Positions 19,285 to 29,400 of a DNA stretch of 64,000 nucleotides are shown piece after piece (positions within the stretch are counted from its first letter, which is position 1; each line of letters opens with the position of its first letter). The stretch lies in NCBI GenBank assembly GCA_044222185.1, contig JBGANV010000008.1:241875-305874 (forward strand), read 5' to 3'. The stretch is from Planctomycetota bacterium. GTDB lineage: Bacteria; Planctomycetota; GCA-002687715; CAIWVZ01. A model generated the notes under the pieces. That model was not told where the DNA came from, did not search any database, and saw only the letters and a program-made list of their open reading frames with translations. The translations under genes and the position numbers were made by a program.

Positions 19285-19403
19285 CGTTCCTCGTTCCTCG
19301 TTCCTCGTTCCTCGTTCCTCGTTCCTCGTTCCTCGTTCCTCGTTCCTCGTTCCTCGTTCCTCGTTCCTCGTTCCTCGTTCGTCGTTCGTCGTTCGTCGTT
19401 CGT
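19285..19403 (+). repeat. Heptamer tandem repeat (CGTTCCT)13(CGTTCGT)4
   Basis: 17 units counted directly. Confidence 0.97.
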
Positions 19404-19672
19404 CCCCGGCCTCTCGCTTCGCGCGAACCCGAGCGCCCCGGAGCGCCGCGCGACCCGAGCGTTAGCGAGGGCGTGCGGCAGGATCGCCGGTCGACCGCAG
19501 CGTCAGCGAGGACGACCGGTCCGGCCGATATCCACGCGCTGGCGGCCTCGCGATCATCATGTATCCCTCAGTGATCCGGAGCCACGATCGATCAGTCGAC
19601 CCATCTGGGGAATACGCCCGGAAACATCGAGTCCATCCCCAAACCCCAATGTGCACGCCCAGCGTCAGAACC

Positions 19673-20812
19673 ATGGCCGCGACCGCGCCCTGGCCGCGAC
19701 TCGCCGCATTGGCGATGCTCCTCGCGATGAGTGCATCGATCGCTGCCGGCGAGGTCGCACAGAGCAAGCAAGCCGACTCGCGCGCATGGCTACCACGTCA
19801 TCAATCATCCGATGGGCGATGGCGTTCCGATGGGTTCAGCGAATGCTGCGATGCCGGCGGAAGCCGGTGCGGTGACCCGGGAATCGGCGGCATGGACGTG
19901 GCGGCCACGGGGCTCGTGCTCCTGGCTTTCATGGGATCCGGGTTCGACGATGAACGCCCGAGCCCGTACCGGGAGGTCGTCGGCAACGGCATGCGATGGC
20001 TCGCGAGCGTCCAGACCGAGGCGGGCTGGTTCGGGTCCCGCTACGCGGCACGCGCCAGGTTCTCCCACGTCGTTGCGACGCTGGCTGTCACGGAGAGCTA
20101 CGAGTCCACGAGACGACCGGTGTGGCGCGATCGCGGCCGGCGGGGCATCGCCGCGATCTTCTCGAAGAGCGTGGTTCGCTGGCCGTGGGAACGGGGTGTG
20201 GAGCGCGCGGACGATGATGCGCTCGTGACGGCATGGACGCTCCGCGCTCTCTCGGAGGCCAACTGCGAGTGGTCGGAGTCGGTCGACTTGTCGATCGTGC
20301 GCCCGATGATCGGCCTCCTCGACCGAGCCGCGATGGCCGACGGCGGAGTGTCCGTCGACTCGCGCTCGTCGGATTCGCGGCGGACTCGCGGAGGCCCACC
20401 GCGCGGCTCGAGCCTCACGACCCCCGAGTTCGCCGCCTCCGCGGCGCTGTGGGCGCGCCACCGTTTCGCCGTGATGCGCTCGCAGGAGGATGAACCCATC
20501 ATGGCTCTTCACCAGCAGCGCGTCGCGGCGCGACCGCCCGCACTCGATCCGGCGAAAGGCTCGATCGATCCGCTGGACTGGTGTTTCGAGTTCAGTGTCG
20601 TCCCGCGCGACGCCGCGGACGAATGGGCCAGTGATCTGCGGCCGTTGCTGAACGAGATGCAGCGGAAGACGGGCTGCGCCGATCTCAGTTTCGATCCACG
20701 TGGCGGGTTGTCGAGACTCGGCGGCCGCGTCATCGCGACGGCGATCGCGTATCTCGCATTGGAGGTGAGCGACCAGGAGTTCGGGACGCGCCCAACCTGG
20801 CTGTTGAGGTAG
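19673..20812 (+). CDS. Secreted prenyltransferase/squalene-oxidase-repeat (alpha-alpha toroid) protein, paralog 1
   Basis: Signal-like N terminus; WLPRHQSSDGRW, DVAATGLVLLAFMGSG, WLASVQTEAGWFG, GGRVIATA. Start uncertain (frame open from 19559). Confidence 0.7.
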   Translation: MAATAPWPRLAALAMLLAMSASIAAGEVAQSKQADSRAWLPRHQSSDGRWRSDGFSECCDAGGSRCGDPGIGGMDVAATGLVLLAFMGSGFDDERPSPYREVVGNGMRWLASVQTEAGWFGSRYAARARFSHVVATLAVTESYESTRRPVWRDRGRRGIAAIFSKSVVRWPWERGVERADDDALVTAWTLRALSEANCEWSESVDLSIVRPMIGLLDRAAMADGGVSVDSRSSDSRRTRGGPPRGSSLTTPEFAASAALWARHRFAVMRSQEDEPIMALHQQRVAARPPALDPAKGSIDPLDWCFEFSVVPRDAADEWASDLRPLLNEMQRKTGCADLSFDPRGGLSRLGGRVIATAIAYLALEVSDQEFGTRPTWLLR

Positions 20813-20914
20813 CGGGTACGGCGCGTCGAGCGTGCCCGGCGCCCGGCGAAAGCGCAACGGCGGGAGGCCTTCTTCCTGTATGCTGCCGCGCGTCCCCGCC
20901 GGACAAGGACTCGG

Positions 20915-22126
20915 GTGCACATTCAATTGCAGGAGCGGAACCACGTTCGTGTGATCGTCCGTGCGATCGCGGCGAGTGCGCGACTCGCTGGGCTTGCGTT
21001 AATCGTTGCGAGCATGGCCGCGAGTGCCGATCGCGGAATTGCACAGGACGCGCCGACGGTGTCGCAACCCGCATCCCAGCCGACCTCGCGACCGCCCGAA
21101 TCGCGCGAGTGGCTCCCCCGGCATCAGTCACCGGATGGCCGATGGAGCTCGGATGGCTTCTCCGTCCATTGCGACGCTGGCGGGCCACGATGCACAGACC
21201 CTGGAATCGGCGGCATGGACGTGGCGGCCACGGGACTCGTGCTCCTGGCCTTCATGGGCGCCGGTTACGACGAAGAGCGTCCGGGACCGTACCGGGAGGT
21301 CGTGAGCAAAGGCATGCGTTGGCTCGCGAGCGTCCAGGACGACGCCGGCTGGTTCGGATCGCGCTACGCAGCGCGGGCCAGATTCTCCCACGTGATCGCG
21401 ACGCTCGCCGTGGCAGAGAGCTTTGGTTCCACGGGACGGCGCGTATGGCGCGACCGGGCTGAGAAGGGACAGAGAGCCCTCCGCACGGATGGCCCGGTGC
21501 GCTGGCCATGGGACGTCCGCGCCGAGCCGGCGGACGACGACGCATTGGTCACGGCATGGGCGCTCCTCGCAATGTCGGAGGGGCGAGGGGAATGGTCCGC
21601 GTCGACCGACCCGGCGACAGTCCGAACGATGGTCGGGTTGCTGGACCGCGCCGCAAGGCAAGGCGATGAGCCCGCAGCCAGTTCACGATCAGTCGGATCG
21701 CGAGGTGCGACCGAAAGCCGGTCCGCTCGAACGAGCCTGACGACGCCGGAGTTCGCCGCAGCCGCGGCGTTGCTCGCGCGTCGCCGGTTCGCTCTCAGGA
21801 ACGCACCCGACGACGAAGCGATCATCGCGCACCACCAGCGGCGCCTCGCGGCGCGGCCTCCGTCGATAGACGAGGCGAGGGGTTCGGTCGATCCGCTGGA
21901 TTGGTGCTTTGGGATCCGTGCCGTCGAAGACGACAGTTGGCCAATGTGGGCCGGCCAGATTCGATTGATCGCTGTCGACTTGCAGATCAAGGACGGCTGC
22001 GCCCGAGGGAGCTTCGATCCGCACGGAGGACTTGGCCGACTCGGCGGCCGCACGATCGCGACGGCTCTGTCGTTGATCGCCATCGAGCTGCGTTATTTCC
22101 GCGGGCCCCAATGCTTCGGGCGTTGA
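20915..22126 (+). CDS. Secreted prenyltransferase/squalene-oxidase-repeat protein, paralog 2
   Basis: Tandem paralog of the previous gene (shared DPGIGGMDVAATGLVLLAFMG and GWFGSRYAARARFSHV). Start uncertain. Confidence 0.7.
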   Translation: MHIQLQERNHVRVIVRAIAASARLAGLALIVASMAASADRGIAQDAPTVSQPASQPTSRPPESREWLPRHQSPDGRWSSDGFSVHCDAGGPRCTDPGIGGMDVAATGLVLLAFMGAGYDEERPGPYREVVSKGMRWLASVQDDAGWFGSRYAARARFSHVIATLAVAESFGSTGRRVWRDRAEKGQRALRTDGPVRWPWDVRAEPADDDALVTAWALLAMSEGRGEWSASTDPATVRTMVGLLDRAARQGDEPAASSRSVGSRGATESRSARTSLTTPEFAAAAALLARRRFALRNAPDDEAIIAHHQRRLAARPPSIDEARGSVDPLDWCFGIRAVEDDSWPMWAGQIRLIAVDLQIKDGCARGSFDPHGGLGRLGGRTIATALSLIAIELRYFRGPQCFGR

Positions 22127-22300
22127 ACGCCATCAGCGATGACGTGAGCTCTTGATGAGTCCGTACGACATCTCGACCGTGCGAGTCCGACCAGCACACA
22201 GTGGGGGTCGAATTCCCATCCCGGCGATACCGGTGATCGTGATCGTCGACCTCGCTTCCGAGCTACCCCGGCTCGCTTTCGATGATCACGCGGGTCGCCA

Positions 22301-22405
22301 GTGATCTCGCACCGGGCCGCAATCCGCGCCGGTCGGTCCGCGCGGGACGCGCGGCGATCCGGCCGGTCCCGGCCGAGACGGCGGTGTACTTGGCGCCCGC
22401 GGAAG
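22301..22405 (+). repeat. Dispersed ~105-bp hairpin-containing repeat, copy 2
   Basis: Direct repeat of 19148-19253, ending just before TAGACT (22416-22421) and ATG 22431. Confidence 0.8.
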
Positions 22406-22430
22406 AGAGGCCGCGTAGACTCAGGCCCCC

Positions 22431-23108
22431 ATGAGGAGCAGTCGACGCGAGATCGCACGTGCGCTGCGAGCCTTCTTCGGAAGCCGCGTTGCGCGGCTTG
22501 CGCGCCCCCACGAATCGGGCCCTGCGATCGTGGCGGGGCGGATTGCCGCACGACTCGCGCTGTCGAGCGCTGCGCCCCGGTACTTCGACATCGCGACCTC
22601 CGCCGTCGATGCGGCCGCCGCGGCGAGCGGACTTACCTTCGATGCCTGCCCGCTCATCGACGACGAGGCCGATCCGGCTCTCGACGTGGGCGCCCAGCGC
22701 GACCGCTGGGATCGCTTCGTCGCGCACCTTCCGGCCGCGATGCCGCGCCCGCGACTCCGATTCCCACAATCGGAACTGAGGTTGAGCCGAGGGCTGGCCA
22801 CCCTCACGACCTTGAGCCTCATCTCGTTCGGAGGCTCCGGCCCCCTACGCGCGGTCGGGATCCTGGCGTGGCCGGTCGCGGCGGGCGCGTATCTCGCGCT
22901 CCGGCGTCGTCATCGCACGGCCGTCACTCCGGCGATCGGCGACGCGCGAGAACTCGCGGAGTGGATGTCGACGACCGCGATTCGGGATGCGATCGACCGA
23001 CACGAACCCATCAGTCGCGACGACGTCGAACAGGCCGTCGCGATCGCATTCGACTCGACGCCGGAAGAGACTGGGGCCGCCGCCGACGGCGATCCCATCG
23101 ACGGCTGA
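22431..23108 (+). CDS. Hypothetical membrane protein
   Basis: 225 aa, two hydrophobic segments, -10-like TAGACT upstream, convergent with the PKD gene. Confidence 0.55.
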   Translation: MRSSRREIARALRAFFGSRVARLARPHESGPAIVAGRIAARLALSSAAPRYFDIATSAVDAAAAASGLTFDACPLIDDEADPALDVGAQRDRWDRFVAHLPAAMPRPRLRFPQSELRLSRGLATLTTLSLISFGGSGPLRAVGILAWPVAAGAYLALRRRHRTAVTPAIGDARELAEWMSTTAIRDAIDRHEPISRDDVEQAVAIAFDSTPEETGAAADGDPIDG

Positions 23109-23122
23109 GCGCCCCGCAGCCA

Positions 23123-25333
23123 TCACGGCAGGAACACGATCTCCCGGCCGTCGCTCGCGGCGAACGAACCGTTGTGCGCGGTCACGGTGGTCGCGACGAC
23201 TTGGAAGCGGCCGACAAGTCCCGAGAGGCCCGGCGGAACGGGGAAATCGAGAGTGTTCGCGGGCGTGGAATTCAGGGGCACGGCCGACAGGACGATCCCA
23301 CTCGGATAGCCGACGTAGATCGGCGACAGACCCGACGGAGGCAGCACGGGGTCACTGCCACTCGGATAGGCGTCGGCGACGAGGAGCGACGGAACTCCCA
23401 CGATGCTCCCGAGCGGGCAACGCCACCGCATCGTGAGAAGCTGGCCCGGCGCGATGGACTTGCGGCCTTCGTTCCCGAAGACGCCATCGATGCCGGACTC
23501 GAGGGTGAGGTCGTCGTTCGTGCCCGTGAGCCCCACGAACGCGTCGCTCTCGCAAGCGATGGCGACGGGCGTGTACGGGAACGAATATGCCCGGATGACG
23601 GCTCGGGACTCGCCGAACACCACGTAGAGGCCCGCGTCGACCGTCGCCAGGAGGTTGTATCCGTTTGCGAACGAGAAGCCGCGCACGGTGCCGCCGAGCT
23701 CACCAGGTCGGCTGAACAGTTGGCTCGGTCCCGTCGCCAGCGTCGACGGGTCGATCTCGACCAGTTCCTTCGTCACCCCGATGAAGCCCTGCCCGAACGC
23801 AAACAGACGATCGCTGACGGGGTTTCCCGCCAGTCGCGCGCCGGTCGGCAGGCCAGCGTTGGAAATCAGCTGCGTGGCGACGCCGCCCGGAAGGGCCAAT
23901 TCGTAGATCGGGTTGAACGCGAACAGGGCCGGCGCCGTCGACGCGATCAGGCGACCGAGAGGGTCGAACGTGAGCGTGCGAAGCGCCGTCGTGTACGTCC
24001 GGATCGAGGTGCACGCGCCATTGGCCACGTTGACCGACACGAGCGCCGTCGACGAGCCCATGGTGACCAACGCGAAGTAGCTGTTGGTGCCCGGCCGGCG
24101 GACGAAGGCGTGCACGGCCGTGATTGCTGGTCCCTGCGAGGACAGCGCGACGGACGACAACGTGAAACCATCCGAAAGCCGCACGCGCCGCAACGTGTTC
24201 GATCCATCGATCGTCCAGGCACGGCCGTCGAGAGGCGGAGCCGGGTCCACGGTGACGGTCACCGATGCGGGGCTGAGGACTCCATTCGTGCAGCCGAGCG
24301 AGTCCATCACGGACGTCAGGGTGTACGTCGTCGTCGCAGCCGGAATGACATGGCGCGTCGCGAGGGTCGCGGAGGTGGTCTGCGTCACCCCGTCGGCCCA
24401 CGTGAGCGTGAACGGAGGCGTGCCTGACAAGAGGATCGTAAGCCGTTCCACGGCGCCGTAGGCCAGGCGCAACGGCCCCGAGACCGACGCGTGGGGCCGT
24501 TGGAGCACGTTGAACGGGGCCGACCCCGAGATGATGCCCGGGCACCCATGGACGTCGGTGCACGTGAGGATCTGAAGCGGCTGCGCGCCCGGCGTGGTGT
24601 GCGTTTTCTGCCGCGAGTACTGCCCCGGCGACGTGATGGTCTGGGTGAGGGCATCGCTCCAGGTGACCTGGAACGGCGGATCACCCGTGATCGTGAAGTC
24701 GATCGTCGACGTTTCGGAGACGCACACGGTGCTGCTTCCATTGATGCCGTAGTTGACCGACGCGCCGTAGGCCGCCACGTTCGTGCGCCGAGTGTTCGAG
24801 TAACCCGCCACGTCCGTGACGCGGAGGTCGAACCATTGGCCAGCGCCGGACGCGAACGTATGCGAGGCGGACGGTCCACTCGCCGTGCCGCCATCGGAGA
24901 ACGTCCACAAGTAATTCACGATGGGGCCCAACCCCGAATAGGACCCGGCGCTGTGCATGCTGACGTTCAGAGGAGCACATCCCGTCGTCGCCGACGATTG
25001 GACGACGGCGAGTGGCCCCTGCTGGACGTTGATCGTCTGAGACACGGGCGTGAAGGAACCGTTCTGGAAGATGAGCGTCAACGTGACCGTCTTCGGGCCC
25101 GCGGTGGCGAAGGTGTATGGCACGGTGACGGTGCGGCAGCCGCAGCCGCCGCCGACGTAAAGCCCATCGAGGTGCCAGAGATTCGCGACGATGCCGGGGG
25201 CCGTGGACGTGTCCGTGAACGTGACCGGCACGGACGAGTAAACGGTCGACGGCGAGTAGGTGAACGAAAGCTGGGCGAGGCCGGGTGCGACGCCGATGAA
25301 CATCACGAGAGCGAGCGAGGCCAGTATCCGCAT
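23123..25333 (-). CDS. Secreted PKD-domain protein with propeller-like region and C-terminal domain
   Basis: GGAG SD before ATG 25333; signal MRILASLALVMFIGVAPGLAQ; PKD motifs VTFTDTS, APLNVS, YLWTFSDGGTASGPSASHTF, LRVTD. Confidence 0.8.
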   Translation of the reverse strand: MRILASLALVMFIGVAPGLAQLSFTYSPSTVYSSVPVTFTDTSTAPGIVANLWHLDGLYVGGGCGCRTVTVPYTFATAGPKTVTLTLIFQNGSFTPVSQTINVQQGPLAVVQSSATTGCAPLNVSMHSAGSYSGLGPIVNYLWTFSDGGTASGPSASHTFASGAGQWFDLRVTDVAGYSNTRRTNVAAYGASVNYGINGSSTVCVSETSTIDFTITGDPPFQVTWSDALTQTITSPGQYSRQKTHTTPGAQPLQILTCTDVHGCPGIISGSAPFNVLQRPHASVSGPLRLAYGAVERLTILLSGTPPFTLTWADGVTQTTSATLATRHVIPAATTTYTLTSVMDSLGCTNGVLSPASVTVTVDPAPPLDGRAWTIDGSNTLRRVRLSDGFTLSSVALSSQGPAITAVHAFVRRPGTNSYFALVTMGSSTALVSVNVANGACTSIRTYTTALRTLTFDPLGRLIASTAPALFAFNPIYELALPGGVATQLISNAGLPTGARLAGNPVSDRLFAFGQGFIGVTKELVEIDPSTLATGPSQLFSRPGELGGTVRGFSFANGYNLLATVDAGLYVVFGESRAVIRAYSFPYTPVAIACESDAFVGLTGTNDDLTLESGIDGVFGNEGRKSIAPGQLLTMRWRCPLGSIVGVPSLLVADAYPSGSDPVLPPSGLSPIYVGYPSGIVLSAVPLNSTPANTLDFPVPPGLSGLVGRFQVVATTVTAHNGSFAASDGREIVFLP

Positions 25334-25508
25334 GAGAGTGTCTCCAATGGGCAGCGACGACTGCCGACTGAAGACGCCATGCGGGAGATCACGCCAGAAG
25401 GACAGCGACGGAGAAAAAATGTGGACCTGGCATAAATACTGATTTGTCAAGACCTTGGCGCGCCCGCCGCGACTCGGCCGCGACGGCGCCGAGGCGTGAA
25501 CGTCAGAC

Positions 25509-25596
25509 GACGGCGACCCGACCGCGGCCCGACCCTGGCGTGTCCAAGGCGTGACCGCGCTGCGACCGTAGCCCGACCGCGGCGTGACCGCGGCGC
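25509..25596 (+). repeat. Degenerate 11-bp tandem array (8 units, consensus GACCGCGGCsy)
   Basis: GACGGCGACCC GACCGCGGCCC GACCCTGGCGT GTCCAAGGCGT GACCGCGCTGC GACCGTAGCCC GACCGCGGCGT GACCGCGGCGC. Confidence 0.75.
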
Positions 25597-25690
25597 CGCC
25601 GGGCGCCGGGGCGTGCGCGCTGAAGGACTCTCGCGGAGCGAAATGGTGCCGCGGCGGCGTTCGCCCGGTCCGCATCCCAAGCGACCCGCG

Positions 25691-26293
25691 TCAATCGTCC
25701 AGGAGTTCGTCGAAGATCGAATCCGGCAGCGCGGCGCGGAGCTTCTCGAGCCCCCGTCGATAGCGGTGAGAAACGGTGTTGGGCGATTCACCAAGATCGG
25801 CCGCGATGTCCGCGTTCTCGACGCCCTCGACGGCGCGGAGCAGCACGATCGTCCGCACCGGCTCACCGAGCGACTCGAGCGCGCTTCGCACGCGATCGGA
25901 GAACTGGCGATCCTGGGGCACGCTCGCGCGGCACGTGGGCTCGGCCAACCGCTCCTCGACGGAATCGATACGGTCGACTCTGCGTTTGAGCGCATTCTCG
26001 ATGCGCCGATTGCAGAGCGCGCGGACCGTGGTCGCCAGGAAGCACAAGAGAACCGGAGTGAACCGACCCGCGCGGGGAACGATCTCGCCCAGCCTCGGGA
26101 GCATGACGAGCCACGCCTCGGCGACCACATCCTCCGCATCGCCGACCGCCACCGGGGTCCCGGAGAGACGCATCCGCGCCTGCGCCTCGAGCAGCGGCGA
26201 GAACCGCTGGACGATCCACTCGACGCTTTCACGATCGTGAGCGATTGCCGCTCGTACGTGGCGTGTCGTCAGATCGATCCGCGGTTCGACCAC
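25691..26293 (-). CDS. ECF RNA polymerase sigma factor
   Basis: AAGGA SD before GTG 26293; DAEDVVAEAW; LGEPVRTIVLLRAVEGVENADIAADLGESPNTVSHRYRRGLEKLR. Confidence 0.9.
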   Translation of the reverse strand: MVEPRIDLTTRHVRAAIAHDRESVEWIVQRFSPLLEAQARMRLSGTPVAVGDAEDVVAEAWLVMLPRLGEIVPRAGRFTPVLLCFLATTVRALCNRRIENALKRRVDRIDSVEERLAEPTCRASVPQDRQFSDRVRSALESLGEPVRTIVLLRAVEGVENADIAADLGESPNTVSHRYRRGLEKLRAALPDSIFDELLDD

Positions 26294-26408
26294 CGAGAGT
26301 CCTTTCGTGCGGCGTTCATGAGCGTCGACATTATGGCTCAACGAGCGGCGGATTGCCGGATGCACCCGTTCATCTCCTCGGCGAAACCCGTGTATCCTCC
26401 CACCGCCC

Positions 26409-29400
26409 ATGAACGAGCGGATCCTCAACGCCTTCCTGAAAGCCATCGCGCACGACCGGTCTCTCGGCATCACGCGGACGCTCGCCGAATACCAGGCCCT
26501 CTGGGCCGGTCATGAAGACGACATCGCGCGCAAGTTCCGCGAGATCTTCGGGAACGAGGAGGACGGCGCGGCCCCGCCGTCGGCGAACGCAGGGCGAATC
26601 GGGTCCTATGAACTCGTTCGGCTTCTCGGCCGCGGCGGTCAGGGCGAGGTCCACCTCGCTCGCGACCTCCGCCTGGGCCGGCAGGTCGCGCTGAAGATCC
26701 TCGACGCCGGCGTCGTCCTCTCCCCCGCCGCGCAAGTCCGGTTCAAACGCGAGGCCGAACTCGCGGCGCGCCTCGACCACCCCGGCCTGGGCACCGTGTT
26801 CGAGGCGGGGCAGGAAGGGCGTTGCTCGTTCATCGCCACGGCGTTCCACGGAGGCGGATCGCTCGCCCATGCCATCGAAGCGGCGCGTGCGGATCGGAAC
26901 GCAGCCCCGTTCGTGCCGCGCGATGGCGCGGCGCTTCGACGCCTCGCACGCGCGTTCGCCGATCTGGCTGGCGCGCTCGCGGTCGCGCACGACGCTGGCG
27001 TGCTTCACCGGGACGTCAAGCCGTCGAACATCATGCTGCGCGAGGACGGAGGCCTCGTCCTCATCGACTTCGGTCTCGCGCGCGCAATCGTCGACGACGC
27101 GACGATGGACGTCACGCAGAGCGGCGAACTCTTCGGGACGTCCGCCTACCTCGCACCCGAACTGATCTCGGGCCGCGGCCGTCCCGATCGGAGAACCGAC
27201 CTCTATGCGTTCGGAGCCACGCTGTTCGAGACGTTGACCGGCCGCCCCCCATTCGACGGACCGACGCGCGAAGCCATCCTCGACCGCGTCCTGCGCGAGG
27301 ACCCCGCGCGTCCATCGACGCGGAACCCGGTGATCCCGCGAGATCTCGACGCGATCGTCGAAACGCTGCTCGACAAGGACCCGGACCGCCGCTACGCGGA
27401 CGCCGCGGCCGTGGCCCAAGACCTCCTCGCGGTCGCGGAGGGCCGCCCCGTCTCGGTCGTCCGCCTGACGGCCGCGGGACGCGCCCGCCGCTGGCTCCGC
27501 CGGAGACCCCTCGTCGCCGGGCTCATCCTTCTCGTCGCGCTGGGCCTGGCTACCGCCAGCGTATTCCTGGGCCTTTGGATCGCCGATCGGCCGGCCGTCG
27601 CGGAAACGCTCAGGCGCGAGCGAGCCGCCGCGTGCGAGCGCCTGCTGGAGGACGCGTCGTTCCAGCTCCACCACGGAAGCCTGCCGATCGCCAGTCGCCT
27701 CGTGAACGAAGCCATCGCCGCCGACCCCGACTCCATCGACGCTCGAGCACTCGGCGCAATCATCGCCGTCGCCTCGACGAAGACGGTGGACGACGCGCTC
27801 CTCGCGCCGCTTCGCGCGAACGGTCGGGAGGATCTCGTCGCGCCCATCCGCGCCCTCGCCGCGTTCGAGGCGGGGTCGCTGGACGACGCGGATCGCAAGC
27901 TCGCCGAGGCACCACCTCCCACGTCCGCGGTGGCCCACTTCACACAGGGCATGGTCCGCCTGCGAATCGCACATCACGGCCGCCCGGCGGAATCGCGTGC
28001 CACCTCCGCAGCCGATGCGCGCCCCGACGAATCCGCGCTGCACGAGCTCGATCTCGCCGTCGCGACGGCGACGGTGGCGCGCCGTCTCTATCACATGGAA
28101 CGACTGCATGCGGCCTTCCATCTGGGTGATCGCAAGCGCTGTCTCGACGTGGTGGAGGCGGCAACCCCGATCTGCGGCAGCTCGCCCACGGGCTCGGCGT
28201 GGATCGTCGAGTGTCTCGCGGAGGCCGGGGAATCGGAACGCGCTCTGAAGCTCGCGCAGTCGATCCTCGCGGAGCACGCCGAGGCCCTACGTGAACGGCC
28301 GCACCTTCATGCACGCGTCTTCGACGACTGCCTCGTGCTCCTCGCACGGCTCGGTGACAGCCGCGCCGTCATCGAACAAGCCGACCGCTTCACGGCGCTG
28401 TTCCCCGGCCAGCCTCAAGGGATGATCCAAAAGGCACGAGCGAAGGCGAGGCTCGGCGAGCTCGAGGAGGCCGCGGCGGTGCTCGCCGAGATCGAGCGCC
28501 GCGGGCTGCTGTCGGGCGCCGATGCCGGGACGCGAATGACGTTCCTTTCCTTCGCAGCCGACCTGGCGCGCGCGGCTGGTCAGCCGACGGAGGCGATTCG
28601 CCGGTTGAAGGAAGCCGTCACGGTGTCGCCGTCGGACCCGGGAGCGAGAGTCGCGCTCGCGAGAATGCTGTTCGAGACGAACGATCCGGGCGCGCTTGCG
28701 GCCGCACGGACGGCCGTCGAGACGAGCCCAGCCGATGCCTGGAGCTGGGCACGCCTGGGCGTCCTCGCGGACGATGGCGCCGAAGCCGAACGAGCGCTGT
28801 CGCGGGCGTGCGAGCTCCCTGGCACACCGAGTTTCGCTGGCGCCGAACTTGCGCGCAGGCTCGAGGCGCGCGGGCGCTTCGACGAGGCGATCACGCTCTG
28901 TGAAAGGAGCCTTCGCGCGGGCTTCGAACCCGCGCGCGGCCAGCTCGCCGAGATCTACGTCGCGCTCGGCGAAACCGACGCACTCGAGCGACTGGCCAAA
29001 GAAGGGTTGTCGACCAACCCGGCCGATCCCTACCCGACACTCGCGGCGGCGTTTGCCGCGCGTGAACGCGGCCGTTTCGCCGAGGCGGCCAGCCTCGCCG
29101 AGCGGTCGCTCGAGCTTGCGCAATCCGCGGGGCGACCGCCGCCGGACGCGGCACACGCCCTCGCCGAGGATTCGGCGGCGCTCGCGGCCGCGCTCGAGGA
29201 CGAGGACGCGGCCGCGGATGCCGTGGCGAAAGCGCGGCTCGCGCACGCGATCGCCCTGAGTGACAAGCGTGCGCGAACGGAGGAAGCCTGGCGCGCCGCC
29301 ATGGAAGCCCTGGGACGAGCCGCCGACGAAACCCGCTCCAACCAGCTCGAATCCGCCGCACTCGACATCCTGCGGTCACGGCCTCAGGACCCGGATGCCA

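Noticed and set aside
19076-19875. ORFs containing (SSFLVPR)n
   Set aside because: Translation artefacts of the heptamer repeat; the array has no spacers and there are no cas genes, so it is not CRISPR.
22301-24427. 708-aa plus-strand ORF
   Set aside because: Shadow of the PKD gene; composition is non-coding-like.
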